A stretch of 64,000 nt of DNA from a virus. Lineage: Duplodnaviria > Caudoviricetes. Location: IMG/VR virus record IMGVR_UViG_3300012007_000009, positions 1-64,000 of that record; one strand, written 5' to 3'. Of the stretch, positions 1 to 9,331 are shown piece after piece; within the stretch, counting starts at the first letter, position 1, and each line of letters starts with the position of its first letter. A program made the position numbers and the translations under genes. The notes under the pieces are model-generated. The model searched no databases. It had not been told where the DNA came from and saw only the letters and a list, made by a program, of their open reading frames with translations.

Positions 1-1366
1 ACCCAACCTCGGCAAGATACAAGTGCGTCAGACCTATCGAAGTCACGTCGACAACTTCCTCATCCAGCAGGCTGTCTTCCTGGGAATCGATGTCATTTGA
101 CCCAAGCACAACGCTGTCGCCGTCGGCACGAAGCAGGCATTGCAGGCATATGTCGTCACCGTATTCGTCGGTACCGGACAGCGCTTCCGCGTATATGCAT
201 GTGTCATCCAGTGGCCTGAATGCCTTGAGTTCGACATCCCACTTCGGCCGCATGGTTTGACTGTCGAGCAGTATAAAGGAACCGGATGACATCTCATATA
301 CAGTCAGGTCCCAGCCATAACTATTTGCGTATTGTTTCCCATATTCCCTAAGCCGTGAGCCGTCGAACACATCGTCCGGCCTTTCGCCGGCATTTAGCCG
401 GGCACGTATAGAATCAAATTCGGCTTTTCCGCTGGGTTTCTCAACGTAAGGGCACATGGTCCTTACCGGCCTTCCCAGCATCCGCGAAAGTTCCTTCTCG
501 GACATCTCGTGGTCGGAACCGCCGTGCATGTGGTTCCACCTTACGCAGCAGAACTCCACTCCGCCATCCGGGCCAATCATGATACCTACCAGGGACTTTC
601 CGTACCTATCCGTCGGGCAGTCTTCCCCGGGTTTCATCGGGATGCTTTCGGCATCGGGGGCCATCAGGAAATATGCGGTGTACCGGCCCCTCTTTGTATA
701 GCGGTTCCAGTAGTTCCGGTCCGCAACTATGCACCAGCGGTTACTGTCGGCGAACATGTCGTGGAACTTGGCCGCCTCCTCGAACGAGTCCACCCTGATT
801 ACCCGGTACTCGGTCCTCCCGGTATCCTCGGTGTCGTCGGCATCGCCGGGCTTCCCGGTATTGCCGAACTTCGACAGCATGTCGTCCAGGGTCATCCCGT
901 TCAGGTCGAAGTCTATCTCGTCCAGATGGGCGCCGCTGAGCATCCTCAGTATGGAACGTATCTGCGGGACAAGGTCGTCGCGTTCCTGCCTGGTCCCCCC
1001 TCGGTAATCCATCATTCCCTCGGGCCACATTCCCATTTCCGTATATGCAATCCTTGCGATGCCCGGCTCGAACTTGTCGGATACCTGCCGGTCATGGAAG
1101 AACGTGTCCCTGATGTACGCTTCCAGGGCAACCGCCCAGTTCAGTACGTTTCCGTGCTGCGACACCACGTCCTCGCCATCCTCCCGTTTCGCCGGCGAAT
1201 CCCAGCCGCCGGGCGGCTCCGGGAGGATATTCCTGATTGCCCTCCTGGTCTTCTGTGGCGGGCGCAGCCCCTCGAACAGCGCGGCGAACCCCGACATGGC
1301 CGCCTCGACCGCCGGCGAGCCTGGCATTTTCCTTTCAAGGAACTTGTAGAAACTGTACTCTTGCAT
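1..1366 (-). CDS. Hypothetical jumbo-phage protein (runs off the left edge of the window)
   Basis: Not in the ORF track. I translated it by hand from ATG 1366 (MQEYSFYKFLERK...ALFEGL...DSFEEAAKFHDMFADSNRWCIV...) and it stays open to base 1. ATAAACT motif 10 nt upstream. Confidence 0.75.
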   Translation of the reverse strand, partial: MQEYSFYKFLERKMPGSPAVEAAMSGFAALFEGLRPPQKTRRAIRNILPEPPGGWDSPAKREDGEDVVSQHGNVLNWAVALEAYIRDTFFHDRQVSDKFEPGIARIAYTEMGMWPEGMMDYRGGTRQERDDLVPQIRSILRMLSGAHLDEIDFDLNGMTLDDMLSKFGNTGKPGDADDTEDTGRTEYRVIRVDSFEEAAKFHDMFADSNRWCIVADRNYWNRYTKRGRYTAYFLMAPDAESIPMKPGEDCPTDRYGKSLVGIMIGPDGGVEFCCVRWNHMHGGSDHEMSEKELSRMLGRPVRTMCPYVEKPSGKAEFDSIRARLNAGERPDDVFDGSRLREYGKQYANSYGWDLTVYEMSSGSFILLDSQTMRPKWDVELKAFRPLDDTCIYAEALSGTDEYGDDICLQCLLRADGDSVVLGSNDIDSQEDSLLDEEVVDVTSIGLTHLYLAEVG

Positions 1367-1442
1367 GATACCGGCAGTTTATTGTTGCCCCGTTCACCGT
1401 CCATGCATAAACTACCGGAAAATACCCGGAACGGATACGGAC

Positions 1443-2726
1443 ATGGCTGGAAAACTCCTGCAATCTATAGACGACCACGAACTCTACGCGAAATACGCCG
1501 CACACGCGGGCAAGGACATCAACGGCGTGCCCCTCGAGGACAGGGAGATTCTCTCCGCGGAAGTCTCCGGGAACACGCTCACGCTGGAAGCGACTACCGG
1601 CAGCACGGCGGTAAACGTCGTGCCTTCCCCGGAAGCGCCCGACCTTGTCCTCAAGTCAACCGGCGAAGGGCAGTACGCATGGTCGGCTTCCTCCGAATAC
1701 CCCGGGGAAGGCAGGCTGAAGCTCGGGCTTGGTACCGACGCTCCCGTGTTTACCGGGTTCGACGCGAACTCCTCCGAGGACGTCACCGTGACTATCCCGG
1801 GAGCTACCCGGGAAAAGTTCGGCGTCATGTCCCCGGAGGACAAGGCCAAGCTGGACGGGATGGCGTCCGGAGCCACCAGGGTGGAATTCCTCGATACGAC
1901 AAAGAACGGCCAGATAGCAGTCAACGGGATAGACAGTACCGTCTATACCCACCCGGCCCCGATGCAGTCAATCGTCCCGCCCGGCCTGTACAAGTTCAAG
2001 GCCGACAAGATGGGCCATATCCAGGAAGTGTACAAGGTCAAGAAGGAGGACATCGTCGCGCTGGGCATTCCTGCTCAGGACACCACCTACGGCAACCTCC
2101 CGGAAGCCGAGGGAGGCGAGGACGTTTCCCTGGTACGCACGGGTGACAAGTACGGGTGGAACCGGAAATACGCGAAGCCGACCGCCGGCATTCCCGCAAG
2201 CGACCTCAGCGACCAGGTCAACGCTTCGCTGGGCAAGGCCGACACCGCATACCAGAAGCCGGCCGGGGGTATTCCCGAGGGCGACCTGGACAACTCGGCA
2301 AGGGCCAAGCTGGACGGAGCTATCCAGGGAGTCGCCATAGGGGACGACGACCCAATCCCACCCGACGCGAACAACGTGGTACGGCTACCGCGGGAAAGCG
2401 TCGTGAACGACGGAAAGCTTTCCATGATACTCGGCACGTCGGCAGCGCAGCAGATATTCTCCGCCAACGAATCGAATGACGTATCGTTCTCCGTGCCGCT
2501 TGCATCGATGGACAACTCCGGGAGTTCCCCGGTATATACCGAGGGCCTCGTCGGAAGGGCGATGTACGAGAAGGTAGACGGTATAGAGGATGGGGCGCAG
2601 GAGAACTTGATTGAGGAAATCAAGGTCAACGGCACAACCCAGCCAATTACCAACAAGAGTATCGACATCGACCTAGGCACCTGGACATCAGGTACATACA
2701 ATATCCCAGCTGTTGCGACCCCATGA
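1443..2726 (+). CDS. Tail fibre-like / virion structural protein
   Basis: Motifs common in phage fibre proteins (GVMSPEDKAKLDG, YTHP, GLYKFKADKMGHI, DIVALGIPAQDTTY). Start moved to ATG 1443, downstream of the ATAAACT motif. Confidence 0.6.
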   Translation: MAGKLLQSIDDHELYAKYAAHAGKDINGVPLEDREILSAEVSGNTLTLEATTGSTAVNVVPSPEAPDLVLKSTGEGQYAWSASSEYPGEGRLKLGLGTDAPVFTGFDANSSEDVTVTIPGATREKFGVMSPEDKAKLDGMASGATRVEFLDTTKNGQIAVNGIDSTVYTHPAPMQSIVPPGLYKFKADKMGHIQEVYKVKKEDIVALGIPAQDTTYGNLPEAEGGEDVSLVRTGDKYGWNRKYAKPTAGIPASDLSDQVNASLGKADTAYQKPAGGIPEGDLDNSARAKLDGAIQGVAIGDDDPIPPDANNVVRLPRESVVNDGKLSMILGTSAAQQIFSANESNDVSFSVPLASMDNSGSSPVYTEGLVGRAMYEKVDGIEDGAQENLIEEIKVNGTTQPITNKSIDIDLGTWTSGTYNIPAVATP

Positions 2727-3352
2727 TTTACACGGTAGGTTCTTCAAAGAATACATTCCTTCCACTTGACAGTTTCCGCAAGAAGTTCCTCGTGGACAGG
2801 AAGCACAAGGGGTCCAACATAGACAGACTGAACCCGTACTACTGCGAGCTCACTGGCCTGTACTACATGTGGAAACACGAGAAGGATTCCATAGTGGGAC
2901 TCGAACATTACAGGCGGTACATCTACAGGGACGGGAAGATGATTACCAGGGAAGCCGCGGAGGACATACTTGGTAGGAACGACATCATCCTGGTTCCTTA
3001 CAGGCATCCACGCAAGAGGACCACTTACGAGTGGTTCATCACGGCAAACAAGCTGGCTGACATCGACAAGTGGATACTGTGCATTGACCGGGCCTGCCCG
3101 GGTTTCCTACAGGTATTTGCCGACTACATGAACAGCAACCGTCTTTACATATGCAACATGTTCATCAGTTCGAGGAAGGTCATGGATGCATGGTGCTCCT
3201 GGCTATTCCCCATGCTGTCGCTGTACGACAGGGCTGCCGGCCTGGCCGAATCCAACAAGAGAATAGACGGCTACCTGGCCGAGCATACTCTTGGTGCCTG
3301 GTGCATGTGGAAGGGACTCCGCATTGCGGAGTGCGCCATGCATATGCCATAA
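2723..3352 (+). CDS. DUF4422 (GT111-like) glycosyltransferase
   Basis: NIDRLNPYYCELTGLYYMWK, VGLEHYRRY, CNMFI and RIDGYLAE are DUF4422 signature motifs. ATGA overlap with the upstream gene. Confidence 0.85.
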   Translation: MIYTVGSSKNTFLPLDSFRKKFLVDRKHKGSNIDRLNPYYCELTGLYYMWKHEKDSIVGLEHYRRYIYRDGKMITREAAEDILGRNDIILVPYRHPRKRTTYEWFITANKLADIDKWILCIDRACPGFLQVFADYMNSNRLYICNMFISSRKVMDAWCSWLFPMLSLYDRAAGLAESNKRIDGYLAEHTLGAWCMWKGLRIAECAMHMP

Positions 3353-3355
3353 AAC

Positions 3356-3386
3356 AAGAAGCCGGGAGCACGGCCCCCGGCTTCCT
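3356..3386. terminator. Hairpin between convergent genes
   Basis: GAAGCCGGG...CCCGGCTTC stem. Confidence 0.65.
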
Positions 3387-3412
3387 GTCCATTTCGCCTT
3401 TGGAGTTAAGTT

Positions 3413-5080
3413 CTATCCCAGTAATCCAACGTTGCTTGCCTTGTCCACGGCCATGGCGTTCTCGCGCTGGTAGTAAGTCTTCCTGGATGCCGTGCGGCTT
3501 CCGGTGAAGCTGTTGATTACCAGGTCGAGGTCTTCCTGCGAGTAGGTTTCCTTGCTGCCGTTCTTCACGTAAATCTGGCGGCTGAAGTTCTCTACGTCGG
3601 CCGCGGAAATCTTGGCCTCCACGAGCTTCTTCACGGTTTCGTCGTATACTTCGTCGGGAATGTTGTAACCCGCCTTGCTGCAGTAGCTGCGCACCAGGTG
3701 ACCCATCAGTTCCTCGTCCGGGAACCCGACCTCGATTGTCTCGTCAATTCTCCCGGAGCGTTCCATGATGGACTCGTGGACCTTCAGCGGGTCGTTGATG
3801 GTGGACATGATGATTGTCGGGAACTTGGACTCGCGTACCCTGGCAAAGAAGCTGATTAGGGAGTTGGTCTCCGAGCACTTGCTCTGAATCTGCAAGGAAT
3901 CGAGCTCGTCGAGCAGGATTACCGCCTTCTGCGTCATGTTGATGCAGAACAGAATCCGTTCCAACGTGGTGTCAAGGGACCTGTCCTCGAGCTTGCAGGT
4001 GATAATCATGAAGCCACGCTGGGCCAAGTCGTCCATGATGTGTTCGCAGGTCGACGTCTTGCCGGTACCGAGAGGACCGACGAGCGCGTACGACATGGAC
4101 TGGTTCTTCTCGGCCGCACGGGAACACCATTCGCTAATCTGCTTCATGGTATTGGAGCGGACCCAGAATTCCGAGTCCGCGCGCGGTTCGTTTGGACGCA
4201 CGTAGATTCTGGACGAGTCAACGTAGTAGTGGTACTTGGCCGGGTCGAGCTCGCGATAGATATAGGCCAGGCAGGCCTGCACCGCGTCCTCGTTGGCTAT
4301 GGACGGGTGCTCGGTCACGAAGGCGGCATGCTCGGTCAGAATCTGTCCGCCTATGTACTTGGAGCCGTCCCCGTCGGAAGTCAGTGCGGTGAGCCCGCCT
4401 TCCTTGGTGGCGTTGTCCACGGTGAACTTCTCCATCTTGAGGACGTACAGGGTCTCCACGCTCGGTTCTCCGCCCGGGCTCTTCAGCTTGCGGCAGCGGA
4501 GCAGCACGCACAGCGGGGACGTAATGATGATGTTCCCGGTGGAATTGATTGTCGGGGGATTGCCCTCGATGCCGTCGATTGTGAAGTCGTAGTGGTTTTC
4601 GTCGTCGGTGGAGAACTCGTACGTGGTCTTCACCTTCATCCGGTAGGTAAGGTACATCAGGATGTCCCCCAGCGGAACCGGCCCGGCGCATGCCCCGGAA
4701 TAATGGTCGCATATGGGAATCTCTATGTTGAACCTGTTGGCTATGTCCTTCCAGAACACGATTTCGGCCCTGTTCTCCATCGAGTTCGATGGCTGCACGT
4801 TGGCGTGGATATTGTCAAGCACGTAGTACAGCGCTATGCTGTTCCTGGAGAAGTTGATGAAGTCCTTCAGTGTCTGGTTGGTGGACTTCTCGAACAGGCG
4901 GGACGCAAGGTCGGTCGCCAGCGAGCAGGCCGGCAGGATGCTCTTGAAGCTGGCCGTGCGCACGGTGCGTTTCAGTTTTTTCCAGTCTATTCCCTCGGGG
5001 GTGATGAAGTCGGTAGAGAAGCGGGGTATCTGGTTTCCCAGTTCCTTCAGCAGGTCCAAAAAGTTTGTCGTCTCAGCCAT
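3413..5080 (-). CDS. AAA+ ATPase with uncharacterised N-terminal domain
   Basis: Walker A GPLGTGKT, Walker B ILLDELD, Arg finger ERSGRID. Confidence 0.85.
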   Translation of the reverse strand: MAETTNFLDLLKELGNQIPRFSTDFITPEGIDWKKLKRTVRTASFKSILPACSLATDLASRLFEKSTNQTLKDFINFSRNSIALYYVLDNIHANVQPSNSMENRAEIVFWKDIANRFNIEIPICDHYSGACAGPVPLGDILMYLTYRMKVKTTYEFSTDDENHYDFTIDGIEGNPPTINSTGNIIITSPLCVLLRCRKLKSPGGEPSVETLYVLKMEKFTVDNATKEGGLTALTSDGDGSKYIGGQILTEHAAFVTEHPSIANEDAVQACLAYIYRELDPAKYHYYVDSSRIYVRPNEPRADSEFWVRSNTMKQISEWCSRAAEKNQSMSYALVGPLGTGKTSTCEHIMDDLAQRGFMIITCKLEDRSLDTTLERILFCINMTQKAVILLDELDSLQIQSKCSETNSLISFFARVRESKFPTIIMSTINDPLKVHESIMERSGRIDETIEVGFPDEELMGHLVRSYCSKAGYNIPDEVYDETVKKLVEAKISAADVENFSRQIYVKNGSKETYSQEDLDLVINSFTGSRTASRKTYYQRENAMAVDKASNVGLLG

Positions 5081-5122
5081 CGTTATTCCTAGACATTTCG
5101 GTTTGTTACTGTTTTGCTAAGG

Positions 5123-5133
5123 CAAATATAGCA
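5123..5133 (-). promoter_or_regulatory. Class A promoter motif TGCTATATTTG
   Basis: Exact 11-mer, also at 15904, 27141, 42986, 47875, 57774 and 62350, always just upstream of a minus-strand start. Confidence 0.75.
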
Positions 5134-5152
5134 AAAAATGCAGCTCCCGGTG

Positions 5153-5159
5153 ATAAACT
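5153..5159 (+). promoter_or_regulatory. Class B (late-like) promoter motif ATAAACT
   Basis: One of 18 intergenic copies located 8-66 nt upstream of start codons. Confidence 0.7.
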
Positions 5160-5189
5160 TCCGTAAAATTTTCTCCGGACGGTTGCAAT

Positions 5190-6479
5190 ATGCGCGACTA
5201 CTTGACTTTTGAAAGCGAATTCGACAGGTTGAAGGGGCTTTTCCTCCTGGAAGGTGCAGATGACGACCTCGCCGAGAGCACAAACGCCGACAGTGAAGAC
5301 GATGAAGGGTCTAAAAAGGATGAGTCTAAAAAAGATGAGTCTAAAAAAGATGAGTCGGAAGATTCCGGCGATGGCCTCGAACTGGACGAAGACGAAAGCG
5401 GGGACGAAGGCGAGCAGGCCGATGACGATATCGACCTGGACGGCGACAGCGACCTCGGCGACCTTACCGGGAACCCGGGAGACGCACCTGATGCGGGCGA
5501 GGTCAATGCCGAGAACGCCCCTCCGGGCGCAATCAACCCGAAGACACTGCTCCAGGAGATGTCCACCGGAGAGGACAACATCTATACCCGGGTCGTTAAG
5601 GCAGTCAAGGAGAAGTTCCCGGGAGGGAAGTGCCAGGTAAAGGACCTCATGGTACCCATAGTCCATGCCGTGAAGGCCTACATGAAAAACAAGAACTACG
5701 CCCCAATCTCCAAGGAAGCCATGAAGGCCATCTGCATCAACGTGGCAAGGACCATCCACGACCAGGGAATGAAGAATGCGCAGAAGAAGAGCGCCGTCGA
5801 GTCGTTAGTATACTTCAAGAAGGCGCCCTACCTGGAATCCCAGGAGCTCATGGAGGGCTGGAAGGAACTTCTCTTGGCGGGAGCGCTTGGCGCTTCTTCC
5901 GCAATGGGAGCGACTGCACAGTCAGCCCCCACTTCCACCCTGCACGGTACCCCCAATTACGACAACCAGTCCACCACTTACATGGCCTCCGTACCGGCGA
6001 GCAGCAACCCGGCGAATGTACATTTCAACCCGAACGCCACTTACGACATGACCCAGGAGGAATTCGCCACGTACAAGGCGGCCGGAAACCTCCCGGACCA
6101 CTACATCGTTTCCGACGGGAAGACCAAGTCGAAGCCCGCAGGTTCGGGCCAGGTCAAGCAGGGAAGCGGTTCCCAGACACAGAAGGCCGTGAAAAACCAG
6201 GCCAAGTCCGGCAAGACTACCAAGAAAATCGCCAAGTCCGGGGCCGATTCGGACGACGAGATGTGCCATGCCCCCAGCCCCGAGGAACCGGTCGACTTGC
6301 ACAAGGCCGCGCATGACCTCGGCCACAAGGCAGTCGACGTCGGCCTGCAGGCTGCCGAGGCGGGCTACGAAGCCGGGAAGCAGGGCCTCAAAAGCCTGTG
6401 GTCCGGGTTGAAAAAAGGCTGGAAAAAGGGCTGGGATTCCGGCGAGCAGAAGAACGAGCGGCATCACGAAGGACTCTAG
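5190..6479 (+). CDS. Low-complexity protein, probable virion/head-internal protein
   Basis: Acidic N-terminal region, several xxE-S/G motifs, and an internal hydrophobic segment WKELLLAGALGASSAMG. Confidence 0.6.
   Translation: MRDYLTFESEFDRLKGLFLLEGADDDLAESTNADSEDDEGSKKDESKKDESKKDESEDSGDGLELDEDESGDEGEQADDDIDLDGDSDLGDLTGNPGDAPDAGEVNAENAPPGAINPKTLLQEMSTGEDNIYTRVVKAVKEKFPGGKCQVKDLMVPIVHAVKAYMKNKNYAPISKEAMKAICINVARTIHDQGMKNAQKKSAVESLVYFKKAPYLESQELMEGWKELLLAGALGASSAMGATAQSAPTSTLHGTPNYDNQSTTYMASVPASSNPANVHFNPNATYDMTQEEFATYKAAGNLPDHYIVSDGKTKSKPAGSGQVKQGSGSQTQKAVKNQAKSGKTTKKIAKSGADSDDEMCHAPSPEEPVDLHKAAHDLGHKAVDVGLQAAEAGYEAGKQGLKSLWSGLKKGWKKGWDSGEQKNERHHEGL
5310..5354 (+). repeat. 3 x 15-nt coding tandem repeat (SKKDE)
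   Basis: tctaaaaargatgag x3. Confidence 0.9.
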
Positions 6480-6490
6480 CCGCCAACATA

Positions 6491-6515
6491 AAAAGGCCGA
6501 CAATGTCGGCCTTTT
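6491..6515. terminator. Bidirectional intrinsic terminator
   Basis: AAAAGGCCGAC-AAT-GTCGGCCTTTT between convergent genes. Confidence 0.85.
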
Positions 6516-6517
6516 CG

Positions 6518-6889
6518 TTATCCCAGGTATGGGTTCGGTTCGCCGTCCGGCCACCACACTATCCTGAATGCCCCGTACGGGTTCCTCCATTCCGGGTGCG
6601 CCGGCTTGACCTCGTACCCGAGTCCGTCCAGGCACATGGTCACGTCATCCATGTTATACTCGTGATGCTTGTTCTCTATGTAGATTTCCTTCCCGCGGTG
6701 GATGCCGGAAAGGAGTGTCGCCAGCTTGTTTACAAGTTCCGGATGGGCCTTCCTGAAGGCCGCCCCGCCCATAAGCACTTCCTGCTTTATCCGTTCAACC
6801 ATGGAAGACGCCTGCGGTATGCACAGCAGCATGTCATCGGACTCTTCCCTGGCTTCCTCGGCTTTCTTCGTATTCTTTTCTTCAGCCAT
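6518..6889 (-). CDS. Hypothetical protein
   Basis: 123-aa ORF with RBS-like GAGG, directly after the HD gene. Confidence 0.7.
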   Translation of the reverse strand: MAEEKNTKKAEEAREESDDMLLCIPQASSMVERIKQEVLMGGAAFRKAHPELVNKLATLLSGIHRGKEIYIENKHHEYNMDDVTMCLDGLGYEVKPAHPEWRNPYGAFRIVWWPDGEPNPYLG

Positions 6890-6893
6890 GCGT

Positions 6894-7451
6894 CTACCTC
6901 ATGAACAATTCGGAATAGGCGTCGGATTGCATCTCCCGGTCGCTCATGTGCCTTTCCATCTGTATGACGGAGTCCATTATCTTGGACCTCTCCATCGCGT
7001 ACCTGTCCTGTCGGTCGTAGTCGGACTGCTTCAGGTTACCCAGCCTGGACATGTCCATGTTGCTGTCCAGGTCGACCAGCTTCACCTTGGCGGCGAGCAG
7101 GTTCTCCGAAATCCTGTCTATGTATACATCCCTGTCCTCCGACTTGTTCCTAGTAAGAATCTTCACTACTTTCCACACCACTGGTGGAAACCAGGCGGCC
7201 AGGTCCGAAATCGTGAACCCGCCGTCCTCCACCACGTCGTGCATGTATGCGATGGCAGTCAGGTTGTCGTCGCCGTACCTCTTGGCGGTCTCCCTGCCCA
7301 CGTACCCGACATGCTCCATGTACTTGTGCCCGCCGCGGTCAATCTGCCCGTCGTGCGCGAACTCCGCGAACTTTATCGCCCTGCTTACAATGTCCAGTCC
7401 GGACGGCACCCCCGTCCTCACGAATTCCTTGATTTCGTCCCTTGAACGCAT
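6894..7451 (-). CDS. HD-domain hydrolase, RelA/SpoT-hydrolase (Mesh1/SAH)-like
   Basis: AHDGQIDRGGHKYMEH, AYMHDVVED, VKLVDLDSN. Confidence 0.85.
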   Translation of the reverse strand: MRSRDEIKEFVRTGVPSGLDIVSRAIKFAEFAHDGQIDRGGHKYMEHVGYVGRETAKRYGDDNLTAIAYMHDVVEDGGFTISDLAAWFPPVVWKVVKILTRNKSEDRDVYIDRISENLLAAKVKLVDLDSNMDMSRLGNLKQSDYDRQDRYAMERSKIMDSVIQMERHMSDREMQSDAYSELFMR

Positions 7452-7593
7452 CTCTTCCTACTTCCGTTATAAAGGGGTAAACTTATACGCTAATCCTCCG
7501 GCACATTCCCGTGCCATTACGAAACTATTCTTTTTTGAATCGTTCTAGCGTCGAAAATACTAATTTCATATAGGAAAGGCAAGCAGGAATTTC

Positions 7594-8172
7594 ATGAAAA
7601 TCCCAGTCAGAGACGAAAGGTTCAACCCGGCCACCGGGAAGATGGAGATGATGGACATAGATATAGCCGCCGAGCTGAGGCAAGAAGCGATAGCCGTATT
7701 CTCCATGGTAACCCAGTGCGAGTCCAACGTAGAACTCAGCCCGCCGAACAAGATGCGTACCGTGGCCGGATTCGACCACTACTGTGTAGAAGGCGAGTTC
7801 TCCTCGGGTGATGCTTACGGAAAGATTACCTTCGGCTGGACGGTCAAGGTAGAGGACCCGAAGTACTACGACGTGATGAGGATAACGCTCAACATAGGCA
7901 ACAACGGGTGGTGCGACATCGACTGGCGTTCCAACAACGTGTTCCTGGAGAGGGTGACCAACGAGTACAGGCTGTTCCTGGAGGCCCAGAAGTTCGTCCC
8001 GAAGAAATACGGCGAGATAGAGGAACTGCTCCGGCAGCTCCGCGTACTCCCCATGCCGGACAAGTACCACGACCAGGTAGTCAAGCTGGCCGACGAGATT
8101 AGCGCCCTCCTCGGCAACGCGATGTCAAAGAAGGAACAGATAGCAACTTACGGAAAGGAGCTCAAAAAATGA
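7594..8172 (+). CDS. Hypothetical protein
   Basis: 192-aa ORF, codon usage typical of this genome. Confidence 0.7.
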   Translation: MKIPVRDERFNPATGKMEMMDIDIAAELRQEAIAVFSMVTQCESNVELSPPNKMRTVAGFDHYCVEGEFSSGDAYGKITFGWTVKVEDPKYYDVMRITLNIGNNGWCDIDWRSNNVFLERVTNEYRLFLEAQKFVPKKYGEIEELLRQLRVLPMPDKYHDQVVKLADEISALLGNAMSKKEQIATYGKELKK

Positions 8173-8777
8173 GCAGCGAGAACGAATACTACAGCTACGC
8201 AGACCCGAAGGCGGTCGACGCGGTAGCGTTCATCGACGAGACCATCGCCGGGATTTCCCTTCCCGGGGCAAAGATTAACCGAATCTCCCCCAGGAGCTTC
8301 CGCATTTCATACGGGGAACCCGGACTGGGCGACGTGTGCCACTACGATGTGTCCCGCCGGGAATCCCGGGGGCACTTCAGCGTGAAGCTGAACCTCGTGC
8401 TGGGTGACGGCGGAATAGCCGGCTCCCGCAGGTTCAAGGACATAACCGCAGAATCCCTGGCCAGCATACTTACCGGTATGTACAACGAGGTAAAGAAGTC
8501 CAGGTCGCAGGCAATGGGCGAACTAGACGAGTTCCGCAAGATTGTAACCGACGGGCTCACCGGTGCCGGCTTCTCCTGCATAGGAATATCGCCGTACTCG
8601 ATGGCGTTCAGGGGCAACAACATGAACGTGTCCGTGACCATATCCGAACTCGGGAGGTTCCGTGCGGTAATCCGGCTTACCAGGAAGAGTTCGGGAGTAC
8701 GAAGGGCATTCGAGACAGGCGCCGCAGTATCGGCGGAGAACGCACGGCTCCTGGTCAACAGGGTCAATACGCTCTGA
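8169..8777 (+). CDS. Hypothetical protein
   Basis: 202-aa ORF with ATGA overlap. Confidence 0.7.
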   Translation: MSSENEYYSYADPKAVDAVAFIDETIAGISLPGAKINRISPRSFRISYGEPGLGDVCHYDVSRRESRGHFSVKLNLVLGDGGIAGSRRFKDITAESLASILTGMYNEVKKSRSQAMGELDEFRKIVTDGLTGAGFSCIGISPYSMAFRGNNMNVSVTISELGRFRAVIRLTRKSSGVRRAFETGAAVSAENARLLVNRVNTL

Positions 8778-8796
8778 CATATATCGGGATTGTACA

Positions 8797-8823
8797 GAAA
8801 AGGCCTCCGATGGGAGGCCTTTC
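8797..8823. terminator. Bidirectional intrinsic terminator
   Basis: AAAAGGCCTCC-GATG-GGAGGCCTTT. Confidence 0.85.
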
Positions 8824-8824
8824 T

Positions 8825-9331
8825 TTATTGTCTCAGTTTGGCTATATCATCACGGGAAAGCAGCCGCTGGTTCCGGGAACCCCTGAATCTCAAAGTAAGG
8901 TCCCTCTGTGCCAGGATGAACGGACCGTCGACCAGCGTGTCCACCGCGTCGAGAATTCCGTCGGTGACTCCCGGGACATGCTTGCGCTTCCCCGGGAGCA
9001 GGTCCTTCTCCAGTACGTAACCCGTAAACATCCACAGTGTCTTCCCGGGAAATTCCCGGGAGAACCTGGTAATTAACGGGAGGAGGGCCTCCTGATTCTC
9101 TGGCTCCAGCGGCTCCCCGCCCAACACGGTAAGACCGGCTATATAGCTGGGGCGGCATGCCTCTATAACCTCGTTTTCCTCGATTGGGGTAAACGGTTGT
9201 CCATAGTCGAAATCCCAGGTATCCTCGTTGAAGCAACCGGGACAATGATTCCTGCACCCGGAAACGAAAAGGGAAACTCTGTTACCCTCTCCGTCTACGA
9301 TGCTCATGTGGTCAATCTTGCCGTAGTTCAT
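8825..9331 (-). CDS. nrdG: Anaerobic ribonucleotide reductase activating enzyme
   Basis: Radical-SAM motif CxxxCxxC (GCRNHCPGCFN), GGEP, VDGPF, FRGSRNQR. Confidence 0.95.
   Translation of the reverse strand: MNYGKIDHMSIVDGEGNRVSLFVSGCRNHCPGCFNEDTWDFDYGQPFTPIEENEVIEACRPSYIAGLTVLGGEPLEPENQEALLPLITRFSREFPGKTLWMFTGYVLEKDLLPGKRKHVPGVTDGILDAVDTLVDGPFILAQRDLTLRFRGSRNQRLLSRDDIAKLRQ

Noticed and set aside
509-2146. 545-aa plus-strand ORF and other long antisense or off-frame ORFs (4040..5092, 19875..21449, 46576..47883, 48414..49961, 5' part of 54141..55991)
   Set aside because: Shadow frames of real genes, caused by high GC3; they have no motifs or sensible starts.
7521-7570. Third promoter class (TAGTTTC/TAATTTC at ~7522, 7561, 26219, 46704, 49966)
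   Set aside because: Too short and variable to separate from degenerate class A sites by eye.
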